Source of the DNA: an uncultured Hyphomicrobiales bacterium
GTDB taxonomy: Bacteria > Bacteroidota > Ignavibacteria > Kapaibacteriales > UBA2268
Assembly: GCA_964454975.1 (NCBI GenBank)
Contig: CAYVVD010000008.1
Span: 52,915 to 116,914 of the forward strand
Direction: 5' to 3'
Length of the DNA: 64,000 nucleotides
Positions 40,610 through 51,517 of the stretch are shown here, piece by piece. Under the pieces are notes generated by a model. That model did not search any database. It worked only from the letters and a program-made list of their open reading frames with translations, and had not been told where the DNA came from. Position 1 is the stretch's first letter. Each line of letters starts with the position of its first letter. The position numbers were made by a program, and so were the translations under genes.

Positions 40610-43414
40610 ATGAGCCTTTATTTAATAGACGGTATGTCCTTTGTGTTCCGGGCATTCCATGCAATGCAGCAATCGGGTTTAAAATCACCTGACGGCACCC
40701 CTACGGGTGCGGTATTCGGATTTATCAATTCGATTACATCAATCCTTGATAATTATAAACCTGAGCAGATTTCTGTCGTATTCGACACATCTGCACCTAC
40801 TTTCAGGCATAAGAAATATGTTGAATACAAGGCAAACCGGGAAGCATTCCCTGAAGACCTTATACCTCAGTTGGAACTAATTAAAAAGTTTCTGGATTTA
40901 GCCGGTATCCACCGCATTGAAAAGGATGGATTCGAGGCTGATGATATTATTGGTACTCTTGCCAAGAAGGCTTCCTCGGAGAATATAGACGTTAAATGCC
41001 TCACTTCCGACAAAGATTTTTACCAGCTTGTTGATGACCATATCAGCCTGCTTAAGCCACAGTTCAAAGGGAATGGATTTGACACCGTTGGTTTTACGGA
41101 AGTAAATAATAAATTTGGTGTCAGCCCGGATAAAGTAATTGATGTACTTGCGATTATCGGCGATAGCGTGGACAATGTTCCGGGTGTAAAAGGCGTTGGT
41201 GAGAAATCTGCCATCCCGCTTGTGCAGGAGTATGGCTCCCTCGAAAGCATTTACGAAAACCTTGATAAAATCATAAAAAAAGCTGTTAAGAACAAGCTCG
41301 AAGAGCATAAAGAAAAAGCATTTATATCAAGGGATCTTGTGACGATTGATATAAATGTCCCAATAGAACCTGGTGATGTAGAATTTTCACTCAAAAAGCC
41401 GGATTTTCCCCAGCTCGACATGCTTTTCCAATCTCTCGGCTTCAGGCAGATTCGTGAAAAGTGGCGCGATCGCTCAGGTATGACTATTGTGGAAATGAAG
41501 GAGTCCAAACAGGAATTTGATAATTCCGGTACACAAAGCATCAAGAGCGTCGAACATGAGTATGTCCTTGTTGATAGTGAAGAGAAGCTCGACGATATGC
41601 TTAGTGATTTGGAGAAACACCAGCTTATCTGTTTTGACCTCGAAACAAGTTCGCTCGACCGCGATACATGCACAGTAGTTGGAATAGCATTATCAGGAGA
41701 AGAAAACAAAGCATTTTACATCGGATTTGACGAGCGGGACAATATTGAACTCAAACAAAAGGGCGAGGGGCTTTTCGCCGGGAATGAAATACAAGAAGAG
41801 TATGAAAACTGTCTTCCCGTAATGAAAACTCTTGATAAGCTAAAGCCAATACTTGAGAGTCCGGGCATCGGGAAGTGTGGCCAGAATTCCAAGTTTGATA
41901 CCTACATCCTTTCGCGTTACGGTGTTGAAGTAACTCCGGTGGTTTTTGATTCCATGCTTGCTTCATACCTTCTCGACCCGGACGAGAAACATGGAATGGA
42001 TGCTCTTGCGCTAAAATGGCTGCAATACGAAACGGTTTCTATCAAATCTTTAATCGGCGAGAAGAAAAAAGAGCAGAAATCCATGAGGAGCCTGCATCCG
42101 GCCGAAATTTGCGATTACGCATGCGAGGACGCCGATATTACACTTAAGCTATGTAACTTGCTCAAGAAAGAACTGGAAGAAGCAAAGCTAACCCAGCTTG
42201 GCGAAAAAGTTGAATTCCCTATGGTGGAAGTGCTGACAAGGATGGAGCGAAACGGTATAGCGCTCGATACTGAAACACTTTCCGAACTGTCAGTCGAAAT
42301 TGCCGACAGGGCAAAAGAGCTAACTTCGGAAATATATGAAGAGGCTGGTTCAGAGTTCAACATTGATTCACCTAAGCAACTTGGACACATCCTTTTCGAG
42401 AAGATGATGATTCCACCTGTAAAAAAGACTAAGTCAGGTTTCAGCACTGATGTGCAGGTGCTTAATCAGCTCGCGGACATTTACCCGATTGCAGACAAAG
42501 TGCTTGAGTACCGCCAACTTGTAAAGCTGAAATCAACATATATCGATGCTCTGCCTAAGCTCGTTAACCCGCTAACAGGGCGCATCCATACAACTTACAA
42601 CCAGACAGTGGCAAGCACCGGCAGGCTCTCATCAACCGATCCCAACCTGCAGAACATTCCTATCCGCTCGGAACTCGGTAAAGAAGTGAGGAGGGCATTT
42701 GTCACGGGAACTGAGGGCAACTTAATTTTCTCTGCCGACTATTCACAGGTTGAGCTCAGGATAATGGCATACATCTGCAACGACAAACAAATGGTTGACG
42801 GCTTTAAGCAGGGATTAGATATTCACGCGGCTACATCAGCAGTTCTATACGGAGTGTCGCTCGATGAAGTAACCCAGGATATGCGAAGGATTGCTAAAAC
42901 AGTCAACTTCGGCATTATGTATGGCCTCGGAGCATTCGGGCTTTCGCAACGCCTGAACATCCCAAGAAAAGAAGCTGCTGAAATCATTGATAACTACATA
43001 GAAAAATACCCGGGAATCCGCAAATACATTGATTTGACAATCGAGTCAACTCGCAAAAAGGGCTATGCCGAGACTTTAATGGGCCGCCGCAGGCACTTCC
43101 CCCAGATACGCAGTGAAAACCGCAACTTGCGTACTGCTGCCGAGCGCGGAGCTATCAATATGCCCATCCAGGGTACTGCCGCCGACATGATGAAAGTGGC
43201 AATGATTCGCATTGACGAGGAGCTGAGGCGTCGCAATTTAAAGTCCCTTATGATGCTACAGGTGCATGACGAACTTGTTTTCGAAGCAATCCCTGAAGAA
43301 CTCGACGAACTGCAGGAAGTCGTTATCAACGGTATGCAGCGGGCGCTGCCGCTCGGTGAAGTTCCGGTAGTGGTTGACACCGGAACAGGAAGGAATTGGT
43401 TTGAAGCACATTAG
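40610..43414 (+). CDS. polA: DNA polymerase I
   Basis: It has the 5'-3' exonuclease, 3'-5' exonuclease and polymerase domains (RRxAKxxNFGxxYG, QVHDELVFE motifs). Start is taken at MSLYLIDG. Confidence 0.95.
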   Translation: MSLYLIDGMSFVFRAFHAMQQSGLKSPDGTPTGAVFGFINSITSILDNYKPEQISVVFDTSAPTFRHKKYVEYKANREAFPEDLIPQLELIKKFLDLAGIHRIEKDGFEADDIIGTLAKKASSENIDVKCLTSDKDFYQLVDDHISLLKPQFKGNGFDTVGFTEVNNKFGVSPDKVIDVLAIIGDSVDNVPGVKGVGEKSAIPLVQEYGSLESIYENLDKIIKKAVKNKLEEHKEKAFISRDLVTIDINVPIEPGDVEFSLKKPDFPQLDMLFQSLGFRQIREKWRDRSGMTIVEMKESKQEFDNSGTQSIKSVEHEYVLVDSEEKLDDMLSDLEKHQLICFDLETSSLDRDTCTVVGIALSGEENKAFYIGFDERDNIELKQKGEGLFAGNEIQEEYENCLPVMKTLDKLKPILESPGIGKCGQNSKFDTYILSRYGVEVTPVVFDSMLASYLLDPDEKHGMDALALKWLQYETVSIKSLIGEKKKEQKSMRSLHPAEICDYACEDADITLKLCNLLKKELEEAKLTQLGEKVEFPMVEVLTRMERNGIALDTETLSELSVEIADRAKELTSEIYEEAGSEFNIDSPKQLGHILFEKMMIPPVKKTKSGFSTDVQVLNQLADIYPIADKVLEYRQLVKLKSTYIDALPKLVNPLTGRIHTTYNQTVASTGRLSSTDPNLQNIPIRSELGKEVRRAFVTGTEGNLIFSADYSQVELRIMAYICNDKQMVDGFKQGLDIHAATSAVLYGVSLDEVTQDMRRIAKTVNFGIMYGLGAFGLSQRLNIPRKEAAEIIDNYIEKYPGIRKYIDLTIESTRKKGYAETLMGRRRHFPQIRSENRNLRTAAERGAINMPIQGTAADMMKVAMIRIDEELRRRNLKSLMMLQVHDELVFEAIPEELDELQEVVINGMQRALPLGEVPVVVDTGTGRNWFEAH

Positions 43415-43544
43415 ATTCAATTAAGATTTTTAAATTTCCCGCCTTTTCAACGAGGGGTGGCTCTGTAATTAGAGTAAAGGCAATTCATTTGAAGAACTGC
43501 CCCTGCAATTTAATCGTACTATGCACTGCAAACTAAGTGCTGTA

Positions 43545-44903
43545 TTATACTGTTTCGAGGTACCTGTCCAGCTCCCATTCCGTAACCTGAACACGGTAAT
43601 CATCCCATTCAGAACGCTTTGCGTGAAGGTACTTTCGTAGCATTTCGTCGCCCAGCACGGATGAAATCACCGGGTTGTCGCGCAGGTGTCTCATAGATTC
43701 CCATAGGTTGCCCGGCAGGTAGTCTATGTTACGCGCTTCGAGAGTAGCTTCAGAGAATTCGAATACATCCTCCTCAACTGGCTTTGGGGGCTGCATCTTG
43801 TTTTTGATGCCGTCCAGGCCTGCTTTAAGCAGGACTGCAAATGCGAGATAGGGATTTGTGCTCGGGTCGGGGCAGCGGATTTCCATCCTGATGGATTTTT
43901 CCTTGCCGACTGTATAGCGTGGAACGCGAATCAAAGCCGAGCGATTGCGCTGTGCCCAGCAGATGTAAGTAGAGGCTTCGTAGCCGGGAACAAGGCGTTT
44001 GTAGGAATTTATTAGTGGGTTCAGTATCCCGCACATAGCTTTTATGTGGTGCATCTGCCCTGCAAGGAACTGGTAAGCAGTTTCCGAGAACTTGTATTCG
44101 TCGTCAGGATTGTAGAATGCGTTCTCACCATTCTTTGTAAACAGGCTTTGGTGTACGTGCATGCCATTGCCATTTACGCCTGTAATCGGCTTTGGCATAA
44201 ATGTAGCGTGGAGGCCATGCCTCTGAGCTACAGCCTTCAGCGCTGCTTTCAGTGTCATCACCCGGTCGGCAGTCTGTAGAGCATTGCCGTAGCGGAATGA
44301 TATTTCGTGCTGGCCGGGAGCCACTTCGTGGTGGCTGGATTCCACTTCGAGACCCATTTGCTCGAGTGCAAGCATCATCTCGCGGCGAACTTCGTATCCC
44401 TCGTCAAGCACAAGGTCGAAATACTGGCCCCGGTCATGCGGCTGTATCTTATGGTTTGATGAATCTATCAGGTCGCCGTTTGTTTTCTTGAACAGGAAAA
44501 ATTCACACTCCGGGCCTGTGTTGTAAACATAGCCCATGTCCCAGGCTTCCTCCAGGACATTCTTTAAGATAACCCTCGGATCGCTCTGGTATGGCTCGCC
44601 TTCCGGTGTGTTTACATCGCAGATAAAGCGGGCAACTTTGCTGCCGTCAGTTGATACCCAGGGTATGATTGCATAAGTGTCAATATCCGGTATCAGAAGC
44701 ATATCGCTCTCGAAGATACGGGTGAAGCCTTCGATTGACGAGCCGTCGAACCAGAGACCTATTTCGAGTGCATCGCTAAATTTATGTTCGGGTATTGTAA
44801 CGCTTTTTACCTTACCTATCATATCAGAAAACTGGAGGTTAATAAACTCAACATTATCCTCTTTCATTTTATCGAGGATTGTATCTTTTGATAGAATACT
44901 CAT
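43545..44903 (-). CDS. glnA: Glutamine synthetase (type I-like)
   Basis: 452-aa ORF with a GS beta-grasp N-domain and a catalytic domain (GMHVHQS, ASTYICWAQRNRSALIRVP). Confidence 0.88.
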   Translation of the reverse strand: MSILSKDTILDKMKEDNVEFINLQFSDMIGKVKSVTIPEHKFSDALEIGLWFDGSSIEGFTRIFESDMLLIPDIDTYAIIPWVSTDGSKVARFICDVNTPEGEPYQSDPRVILKNVLEEAWDMGYVYNTGPECEFFLFKKTNGDLIDSSNHKIQPHDRGQYFDLVLDEGYEVRREMMLALEQMGLEVESSHHEVAPGQHEISFRYGNALQTADRVMTLKAALKAVAQRHGLHATFMPKPITGVNGNGMHVHQSLFTKNGENAFYNPDDEYKFSETAYQFLAGQMHHIKAMCGILNPLINSYKRLVPGYEASTYICWAQRNRSALIRVPRYTVGKEKSIRMEIRCPDPSTNPYLAFAVLLKAGLDGIKNKMQPPKPVEEDVFEFSEATLEARNIDYLPGNLWESMRHLRDNPVISSVLGDEMLRKYLHAKRSEWDDYRVQVTEWELDRYLETV

Positions 44904-44928
44904 AGTTAATCTCTTGATAAGAATGTGA

Positions 44929-46146
44929 TTACTTTTTAACTACGTAAAGGAACTTACGTTTTCCGACTTTGAACAACTTTTTAGTGCTTAAATCCACTTT
45001 AAAAAAGAAATCTTCGATTTTATCTCCGTCAATTGAAACACAGCCTTGGTCTATTAATCTGCGTACTTCTTTCTTGGATTGTACCAGCTCTGTCTGCACG
45101 AGTATATCTGCAACCGGGGCTTCAATTCCGTCCAAATCAAATTCTATAGTATCAATCTCGTCCGGGACATCTTTTTTAACGAAGATTCGCTCAAATTCCT
45201 CGAATGCTGCTTTCCCGGAATTCTCAACATGATATCTGTCAACAATTGCCATAGCGGTTTTTACCTTAGCATCCCTCGGATGCAATGAGCCGCTTTCGAG
45301 CTCTTTCTCCATCCTTGCGATTTCGTCTTCCGGTGCGAATGAAGCATACCTGTAATAGCGGGTAATAAGGTTGTCAGGGATTGACATTACCTTGCCGAAC
45401 ATTTCGCGCGGGCTGTCTGTAAGCGCTATATAGTTATTAAGCGATTTGCTCATTTTCTCAACGCCGTCAGTGCCTTCGAGGATAGGCATAGTAAGGATGC
45501 ACTGTGCTTCCTTTCCGTAAGCCTGCTGTATATGCCTTCCTACAATCAGGTTGAACTTCTGGTCGGTGCCGCCAAGCTCGACATCCGAGTCAATAGCGGC
45601 AGAATCCATGGCTTGGGCGAGCGGGTAAAGAAGTTCATGCACACTGATTGGAACGCCCTCTTTGAATCGCTTGCTGAAATCATCCCTCTCGATTAGCTGG
45701 GCAACGGTGTACTTGGCTGAAAGGCCAATAACGTCGCGGAAGTTCATAGCATTAAGCCATTCGGAATTGTACTTTACTTCGAGACTGTCTTCCCTGAGAA
45801 TCATAGTTGCCTGTTCAAGGTAGGATTGTCCGTTGATACGGGTTTCCTCTATTGTAAGCTGAGGCCTGGTCTTGGATTTACCCGATGGGTCGCCAATCAT
45901 GGCGGTAAAGTCACCGATAATCAATATCGCCTTGTGGCCTAAATCCTGAAACTGGCGCAGCTTATGGAGGACAACAGCATGCCCGATATGTAAGTCCGGT
46001 TTGCTGGGGTCGCAGCCAAGCTTTATGTTTAAAGGCTTTCCTGTTTTTGACGCCTTCTCTATTTTATCAGTCAGTTCATCTTCGGGAAGCACCTCTACTG
46101 CTCCCGATCGGATGACATCCATTTGCTCGTTGACTGTTGGAAACAT
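44929..46146 (-). CDS. tyrS: Tyrosine--tRNA ligase
   Basis: HIGH (DLHIGHAV) and KMSKS motifs, plus a C-terminal S4-like domain. Confidence 0.95.
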   Translation of the reverse strand: MFPTVNEQMDVIRSGAVEVLPEDELTDKIEKASKTGKPLNIKLGCDPSKPDLHIGHAVVLHKLRQFQDLGHKAILIIGDFTAMIGDPSGKSKTRPQLTIEETRINGQSYLEQATMILREDSLEVKYNSEWLNAMNFRDVIGLSAKYTVAQLIERDDFSKRFKEGVPISVHELLYPLAQAMDSAAIDSDVELGGTDQKFNLIVGRHIQQAYGKEAQCILTMPILEGTDGVEKMSKSLNNYIALTDSPREMFGKVMSIPDNLITRYYRYASFAPEDEIARMEKELESGSLHPRDAKVKTAMAIVDRYHVENSGKAAFEEFERIFVKKDVPDEIDTIEFDLDGIEAPVADILVQTELVQSKKEVRRLIDQGCVSIDGDKIEDFFFKVDLSTKKLFKVGKRKFLYVVKK

Positions 46147-46480
46147 CTGCGAATTCTTGGTTAAATTTCCGCAAGATAATTAACTCGTTTTAATAATAGA
46201 GTGAAAGTTTTCCACAAAGAATAGGAGGAGGGAAGGCTAAATTATAAAACTAATAAATATTAAGAATCAGATAACTTTGTCTATTATTTTTCAACCCATA
46301 ATAGTCAAATTCAAAATGAAGGAATGAGTAAAAAGGGGTATTTGATACCACGAATTTATATATTTTAATCTATCCTATAAAGAAATTCAATGATGATAAA
46401 CAAATTAATTAGTAAGCCTGAATTCACTTGACTCCCTAAGAATTCAGAAGTTATATAGAAAGTTTAATCGATATTATTTA

Positions 46481-46511
46481 AAACCAAAGGGCTTCTCTTA
46501 TTGAGAAGCCC
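46481..46511 (-). terminator. Rho-independent terminator downstream of the 46521-48614 lipoprotein gene
   Basis: A 9-bp perfect stem (GGGCTTCTC / GAGAAGCCC) with a 5-nt loop. On the minus-strand transcript it is followed by a U-rich tract (UUUGGUUUUAAAU). Confidence 0.6.
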
Positions 46512-46520
46512 GGGCTTCAA

Positions 46521-48614
46521 TTATTTTATTGTCAGGCTAAAGTCCGAATTTTGAGCACATTTGAAAGTAACTAATTCTATGGAGCAGTCATCAGGTTTAT
46601 ATGGAGTATAAGTATATGAAGTACTTGTAATCAAATCACATATTTCGCTGCCTGATTTTGAAATCATCCAACCATTTCCAACATTTGAACCACTTAATAG
46701 AATATTACTTAATTTAGCAATTGAATGGCCCTGTCCAATATCTTCGCCTTCATATTCAGTTTTAGTAGTAACTTCAAAGTCAAAATCTACAATTTTCGAA
46801 GGATTTACTTCTTTGTCAAATTCAATCCGCAATTTCCTGTTCATAATATGATTCATCTTTGAGTATGTAACTGTCTCAGTAGCTGTGCCTTCGAGAATTT
46901 TACCTTTCATTTCAAGCATCATTTTTTGAGCGCCATAGGCCATAAGTTCAACACTTGTATTGCTGCCATTTTTGCAATGGGTTATATATTCCGCATCAGC
47001 GCCTAAATAAAAAGTAATTTCTCGTTGCATCTTAGGTTGAAGGGTAAAATGCAAATCGTAACCATCCTGGTAGTTTGCGCCATCCCAAATTTCTAATTCC
47101 ATACGTGCGTCGAATTTCTCAGTCGAGACAAATAGTGAGTTTAAATCCATTTCCAATTTAAAGTTATTAGTTCCGGGACCTGAATTATATGTAGTTGATT
47201 CATCAAAAAGATTTTCACCGGTCTCCTGGTTATAAATTCTAAGATTTAAACTAAGTGTTTTGGAATTTTGCTCCGCATTATATATTGGTAAATCAAATCT
47301 CAAATATTTAGTGGAATCAGGCAATACGTCGCATACATCAGTATTTGGGAACACCCATTTATAACCATGTTGTGCGTTTTTGTCATATTCCATAGCAATA
47401 GAATAAGTTTTGCCGGCTGAAGATTCAACAATAAAAGATAACTCCCCTAATGTCTTATTAATCGGCATCCCAAATGTGTGCAAAGCTCTGCCGGATGGCA
47501 CAACTTTTTTAGGAAATAAAATTTGGTAGGCTTCAGTTAATGATTTTTCTTTCATCAGCCAATCAAATTCTTTCCATTCATACATAGATTCGCCACTAAT
47601 ATTTTGTGGATTGTGAATTAACAATTTAACACTAATCTTAGCAGCAGTGACTAAGTCAATTTCATATCCAACAACGAGAACTGCATGCCCGCCAACTCCG
47701 GGATAATCAAGACTGAAAACTATCGGTTTGTCTTCGTCAAGATTTTTAATAATTTCATCTAACATATTTGTTTTTGATACGAAAGTAGATGTTTCGCATT
47801 CCACATTACCATAAATACTCATCGCAGCAGGGAGCCACTTTTTGAATGAGTATAAGCCAAGGCCTTCGTTTAGAGTTGAATGCTCCATGTATTTCACGAA
47901 ATCAATCACTCTGACATCTTTATTTCGGTTACCTGCAGCTGTGTATGCACGTGCAAGCATGGTAGCACATGTAGCCCAGCAACTTCCTTCTGGTTGCTCG
48001 TAATAGGGCATTTGAAGTATCTTCTTTTGGGGAGCATCTGATAGTTTTTCACGGTCAGCCCAACTCAAATTCAATCGTGTATATCTATTACCTGATTGAA
48101 TTGTGTTGACATTACCCACTTTGGGAGAGCTACTTGGCGCTTTGAATTTGCTTGTTAATAATCCGCTTGAAGCATCATAATCGAAATCTATAAGTTCACC
48201 ATAAATTTGTTCCTGGGAGTCCTCCGGAGAATAAAATAATAGAACAATATCGTCTTTTACTAAATCCGGCTTAAGTATTAAACTAAAACCAAATGTAATC
48301 TCACCTTCCATTTTGGAAAAATCAAAAACCAAATCCTTGCTGCTGTTGAAGTATCTTTCATCATCAAGCAATGCAATTGTAATTTTTTCGTTAGAAATCC
48401 CGGAATTGTCTTCCGGGTTGACTTTGAAAGTCGTTCCATTAGTAAATTCAAGAATAATCTCGCTACCTTTGTAATCAGCGCTTTTCTCCTCGGCAATTTT
48501 CTCTTTAATTGTGTTGTTGTTCGGCTCTTCGTCATCATTTCCAATTATTCCCTCACAAGACATCAAAGTAATGAGCATTGAACTCATCAATAAAAACTTA
48601 ACATAAATATTCAT
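46521..48614 (-). CDS. Large lipoprotein with a central papain-fold (peptidase C39-like) cysteine-peptidase domain
   Basis: Signal peptide with a lipobox (LMSCEG). A catalytic-Cys box (PEGSCWATCATMLA) and a His box (GGHAVLVVGYE) are typical of the Peptidase_C39_2 fold. Beta-rich regions flank the core. Confidence 0.6.
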   Translation of the reverse strand: MNIYVKFLLMSSMLITLMSCEGIIGNDDEEPNNNTIKEKIAEEKSADYKGSEIILEFTNGTTFKVNPEDNSGISNEKITIALLDDERYFNSSKDLVFDFSKMEGEITFGFSLILKPDLVKDDIVLLFYSPEDSQEQIYGELIDFDYDASSGLLTSKFKAPSSSPKVGNVNTIQSGNRYTRLNLSWADREKLSDAPQKKILQMPYYEQPEGSCWATCATMLARAYTAAGNRNKDVRVIDFVKYMEHSTLNEGLGLYSFKKWLPAAMSIYGNVECETSTFVSKTNMLDEIIKNLDEDKPIVFSLDYPGVGGHAVLVVGYEIDLVTAAKISVKLLIHNPQNISGESMYEWKEFDWLMKEKSLTEAYQILFPKKVVPSGRALHTFGMPINKTLGELSFIVESSAGKTYSIAMEYDKNAQHGYKWVFPNTDVCDVLPDSTKYLRFDLPIYNAEQNSKTLSLNLRIYNQETGENLFDESTTYNSGPGTNNFKLEMDLNSLFVSTEKFDARMELEIWDGANYQDGYDLHFTLQPKMQREITFYLGADAEYITHCKNGSNTSVELMAYGAQKMMLEMKGKILEGTATETVTYSKMNHIMNRKLRIEFDKEVNPSKIVDFDFEVTTKTEYEGEDIGQGHSIAKLSNILLSGSNVGNGWMISKSGSEICDLITSTSYTYTPYKPDDCSIELVTFKCAQNSDFSLTIK

Positions 48615-49072
48615 TAGTTACCTCAGAATGTAAAATTAAATCCGTTGAAATTATGAAAGTTCGCTCAATTAAAAAAGCAAATAATACAATCGTATGCTTT
48701 TACTAAGCCTTTGAAAAATAAAGACTAACGCCATTGTCCGATTAATATTGTTCCCCTGTGCTCTTTTACACGACGGCAATGAGATTAACTCAAAATTCAA
48801 GAGATATTTAGTTTTTGAATTTCAAAAAAGAACAGAATTTGGATATTAATTTTTGATATTATGACAATGAAAAAAGTTGTCGGGGTTAGTCAGTATAAGT
48901 ATTTAGCTGCTTTGCAAGAAACTGACCCAATTATATTATTGAAACAGGTTAATTGGAGACAATCCTCTGATTTGGCAACAGGATTGGAGTTGTCATAATC
49001 CGTATATAGAGGAATTTATGCTTACAATATCTGAGATATACTTACGATTCTAATGCTATTCCCAAAGATTAA

Positions 49073-50014
49073 ATGTATAATCGATTTATGATGAAAAGTA
49101 ATATTATAAAAGGTCTTTTAACAGTACTGCTCATCACGGGGTGTAATTATATTGAGGATGAATCCGAGAAGAAGGTGGTGGACTTTACTTTGAAACGAAC
49201 ACAAAATGCAATAGATTCTAATGATTATAACCCGTCAGAAAAATTAAAAGTAGCTATTTCTGCTATAGTATCGCCCCGGGAGACATTTATTTACTATGAA
49301 GAATTACTTGACTATATATCAAAAAAGGTAAATAGCCCAATAGAGATGAAGCAAAGAAAAACGTATAGTGAGGTGAATCAGATGCTGCTGAACAATGAAG
49401 TAGACATGGCATTTATTTGTTCAGGAGCTTACATAAAAATCAATGAAACGAATCAGGTAGAATTATTGGCTATACCCGTTTGCAATGGTAAACCATACTA
49501 TCAGGCATATATTATCACCAATAATCAATCAGGTATAGAAAAATTTGATGATCTTGAAGGTAAATCCTTTGCATTTACCGACCCCCTTTCAAACACAGGA
49601 AAACTCTATGCCGAGAAACGACTGCACGAATTGAATTTGTCTTCTGAAACGTTTTTTTCTTCGACCATGTATACACACGCACATGATATTTCCATCCAGT
49701 TGGTTTCAAAAATGGTTGTTGATGCAGCTACTGTTGACGCGCTGATTTATGATTATTTAGAAAAATTCTATCCTGAACGGGTTAAAAATATCAAAATAAT
49801 CGAAAAGTCAGAGTATTTTGGTATACCACCGGTTGTGGTTCCGGCTTCAGTTCCTGACGAGTTAAAAAAAGAATTAAAATCAATTTTTCTTTCCCTTCAT
49901 AAAGATTCAATTGGAAGTAAAATTTTGGATAAATTACTGATTGATCGTTTTATCGAAGGAAACGATGAGAATTACGACAGTATTCGTGAAATGCAAAAAT
50001 TAGTCAAGCAATGA
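49073..50014 (+). CDS. Periplasmic solute-binding-protein-like lipoprotein (PhnD/SsuA-type fold), the likely sensor partner of the downstream histidine kinase
   Basis: Lipobox (ITGC) and a type-2 periplasmic-binding fold. Its stop overlaps the histidine kinase start. Confidence 0.65.
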   Translation: MYNRFMMKSNIIKGLLTVLLITGCNYIEDESEKKVVDFTLKRTQNAIDSNDYNPSEKLKVAISAIVSPRETFIYYEELLDYISKKVNSPIEMKQRKTYSEVNQMLLNNEVDMAFICSGAYIKINETNQVELLAIPVCNGKPYYQAYIITNNQSGIEKFDDLEGKSFAFTDPLSNTGKLYAEKRLHELNLSSETFFSSTMYTHAHDISIQLVSKMVVDAATVDALIYDYLEKFYPERVKNIKIIEKSEYFGIPPVVVPASVPDELKKELKSIFLSLHKDSIGSKILDKLLIDRFIEGNDENYDSIREMQKLVKQ

Positions 50015-51516
50015 AAAATCCTTTGTATATACCCCTATTCTGGAAATTCTCTATTGCAATTACCGGAACAGTTGTTGTATTTGGGCTTATCAATTTATAT
50101 TTTACGAATTATGCTGTATATGATTTATTCGAAAGCGAGCTAATCAGACATGGTAAAATAACTGCCACAAGCATTGCTGAAAGAAGTGTAATTCCAATTG
50201 CTTATGGGGATTTAGCTGCATTAGATTTTATTGTAACCGACCAAAAGAAGATTGATCCGGGCATTGCTTACTTATTTATTATTGATAAAGACGGGCAATT
50301 AATAGCCCATACATTTGATCAAACTGTTCCACCTGAACTTTTAAAAGCGAACAAGGCATCTATAAACGATTCCGTTTACACTGTTATAATTGAACCAAAA
50401 AGCAATCCTAATATCAAGATAAGGGATCTGACGGTGCCAATTATGCAGGGCAATCTGGGTGTTGTTCGTATTGGGATGTTCGAAGAAAACTTTTTAAAAA
50501 GTATTCACAAAACCACTCGCATATTTCTCGTCATGGTATTGATTTTTTTAATTTTGGGAATACTTGGGGCATTCTTTTTCTCATATATCATAACCACCCC
50601 CTTGAAAGCAATAAATGATATTTCCGGAAAAATTGAGCTGGGTAATTTGGACTTGCAAGAGGAAGATTTTGAAGTTGTATTAAACAAGTTCGAACATGTA
50701 AAATGGAAGAATATATTAAATATTAAAGACGAGATAGATGTATTAATCAAAAGTTTTGGAGAAATGGTAACCAGGCTCAAAAGTACCTATTCTGAGCTTC
50801 AAAAAACGCAATCCTCTTTGTTCCAGTCAGAAAAACTGGCTTCTCTCGGTACTTTATCTGCAGGGATCGCCCACGAAATAAATAATCCTATTGCAGGTAT
50901 TCAGAATTGTGTAAGACGCTTACGGGAAGCCCCGGAAAACATCAGGCAAAATATTTTGTATCTGGAAATTATAGATGAAGCTCTAAAAAAAGTAGAAAAA
51001 GTCGTACGCGGGTTACTGGATTTTAGTAGAAAACCGGATATGCATTTGACCAAAACAAGTATTAATTCAATAATTGAAAATGTTTTATTATTGGTTTCCT
51101 ATAAGTTGGAAAAGTCGGGAATTGCCGTAATCAAAAATTATAATCACAATAATTTAATGGTTAATGCCAGCGCTAATCATTTTGAACAGGTAATATTAAA
51201 CTTAGTATTAAACAGCATTGATGCAATTGATGAAAAGAAGATGGCCGATCCATCTCACACTGGTGAAATCATGTTTAAAATTAAGGAGACATCAAAATCC
51301 GTTGAACTTGAGATTTCAGATAATGGAATTGGGTTGCCTAATAAACACTTAAAAGAGATTTTTAACCCTTTTTTTACAATGAAAAAAGTAAGACTCGGCA
51401 TTGGATTGGGACTGGCGGTAAGTTATAGCATTATTGAGCAACATAATGGTGAATTAACAGTCAGGGAGAACAGCATGAAAGGATTAACATTTTTAATTTC
51501 ACTTTCAAAAAATTAG
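50011..51516 (+). CDS. Sensor histidine kinase
   Basis: Two TM helices flank a periplasmic domain. Then HisKA (SAGIAHEINNP) and HATPase_c (N, G1, G2 boxes). Confidence 0.88.
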   Translation: MKNPLYIPLFWKFSIAITGTVVVFGLINLYFTNYAVYDLFESELIRHGKITATSIAERSVIPIAYGDLAALDFIVTDQKKIDPGIAYLFIIDKDGQLIAHTFDQTVPPELLKANKASINDSVYTVIIEPKSNPNIKIRDLTVPIMQGNLGVVRIGMFEENFLKSIHKTTRIFLVMVLIFLILGILGAFFFSYIITTPLKAINDISGKIELGNLDLQEEDFEVVLNKFEHVKWKNILNIKDEIDVLIKSFGEMVTRLKSTYSELQKTQSSLFQSEKLASLGTLSAGIAHEINNPIAGIQNCVRRLREAPENIRQNILYLEIIDEALKKVEKVVRGLLDFSRKPDMHLTKTSINSIIENVLLLVSYKLEKSGIAVIKNYNHNNLMVNASANHFEQVILNLVLNSIDAIDEKKMADPSHTGEIMFKIKETSKSVELEISDNGIGLPNKHLKEIFNPFFTMKKVRLGIGLGLAVSYSIIEQHNGELTVRENSMKGLTFLISLSKN

Positions 51517-51517
51517 A

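Noticed and set aside
48955-48995. Interrupted hairpin GACAATCCT...AGGATTG-gag-TTGTC with TGGCAAC in the loop, considered as a sigma54 promoter for the sensor operon
   Set aside because: The -12 GC element is missing (TTGGA instead of TTGCA). It is left as an unexplained stem-loop only.
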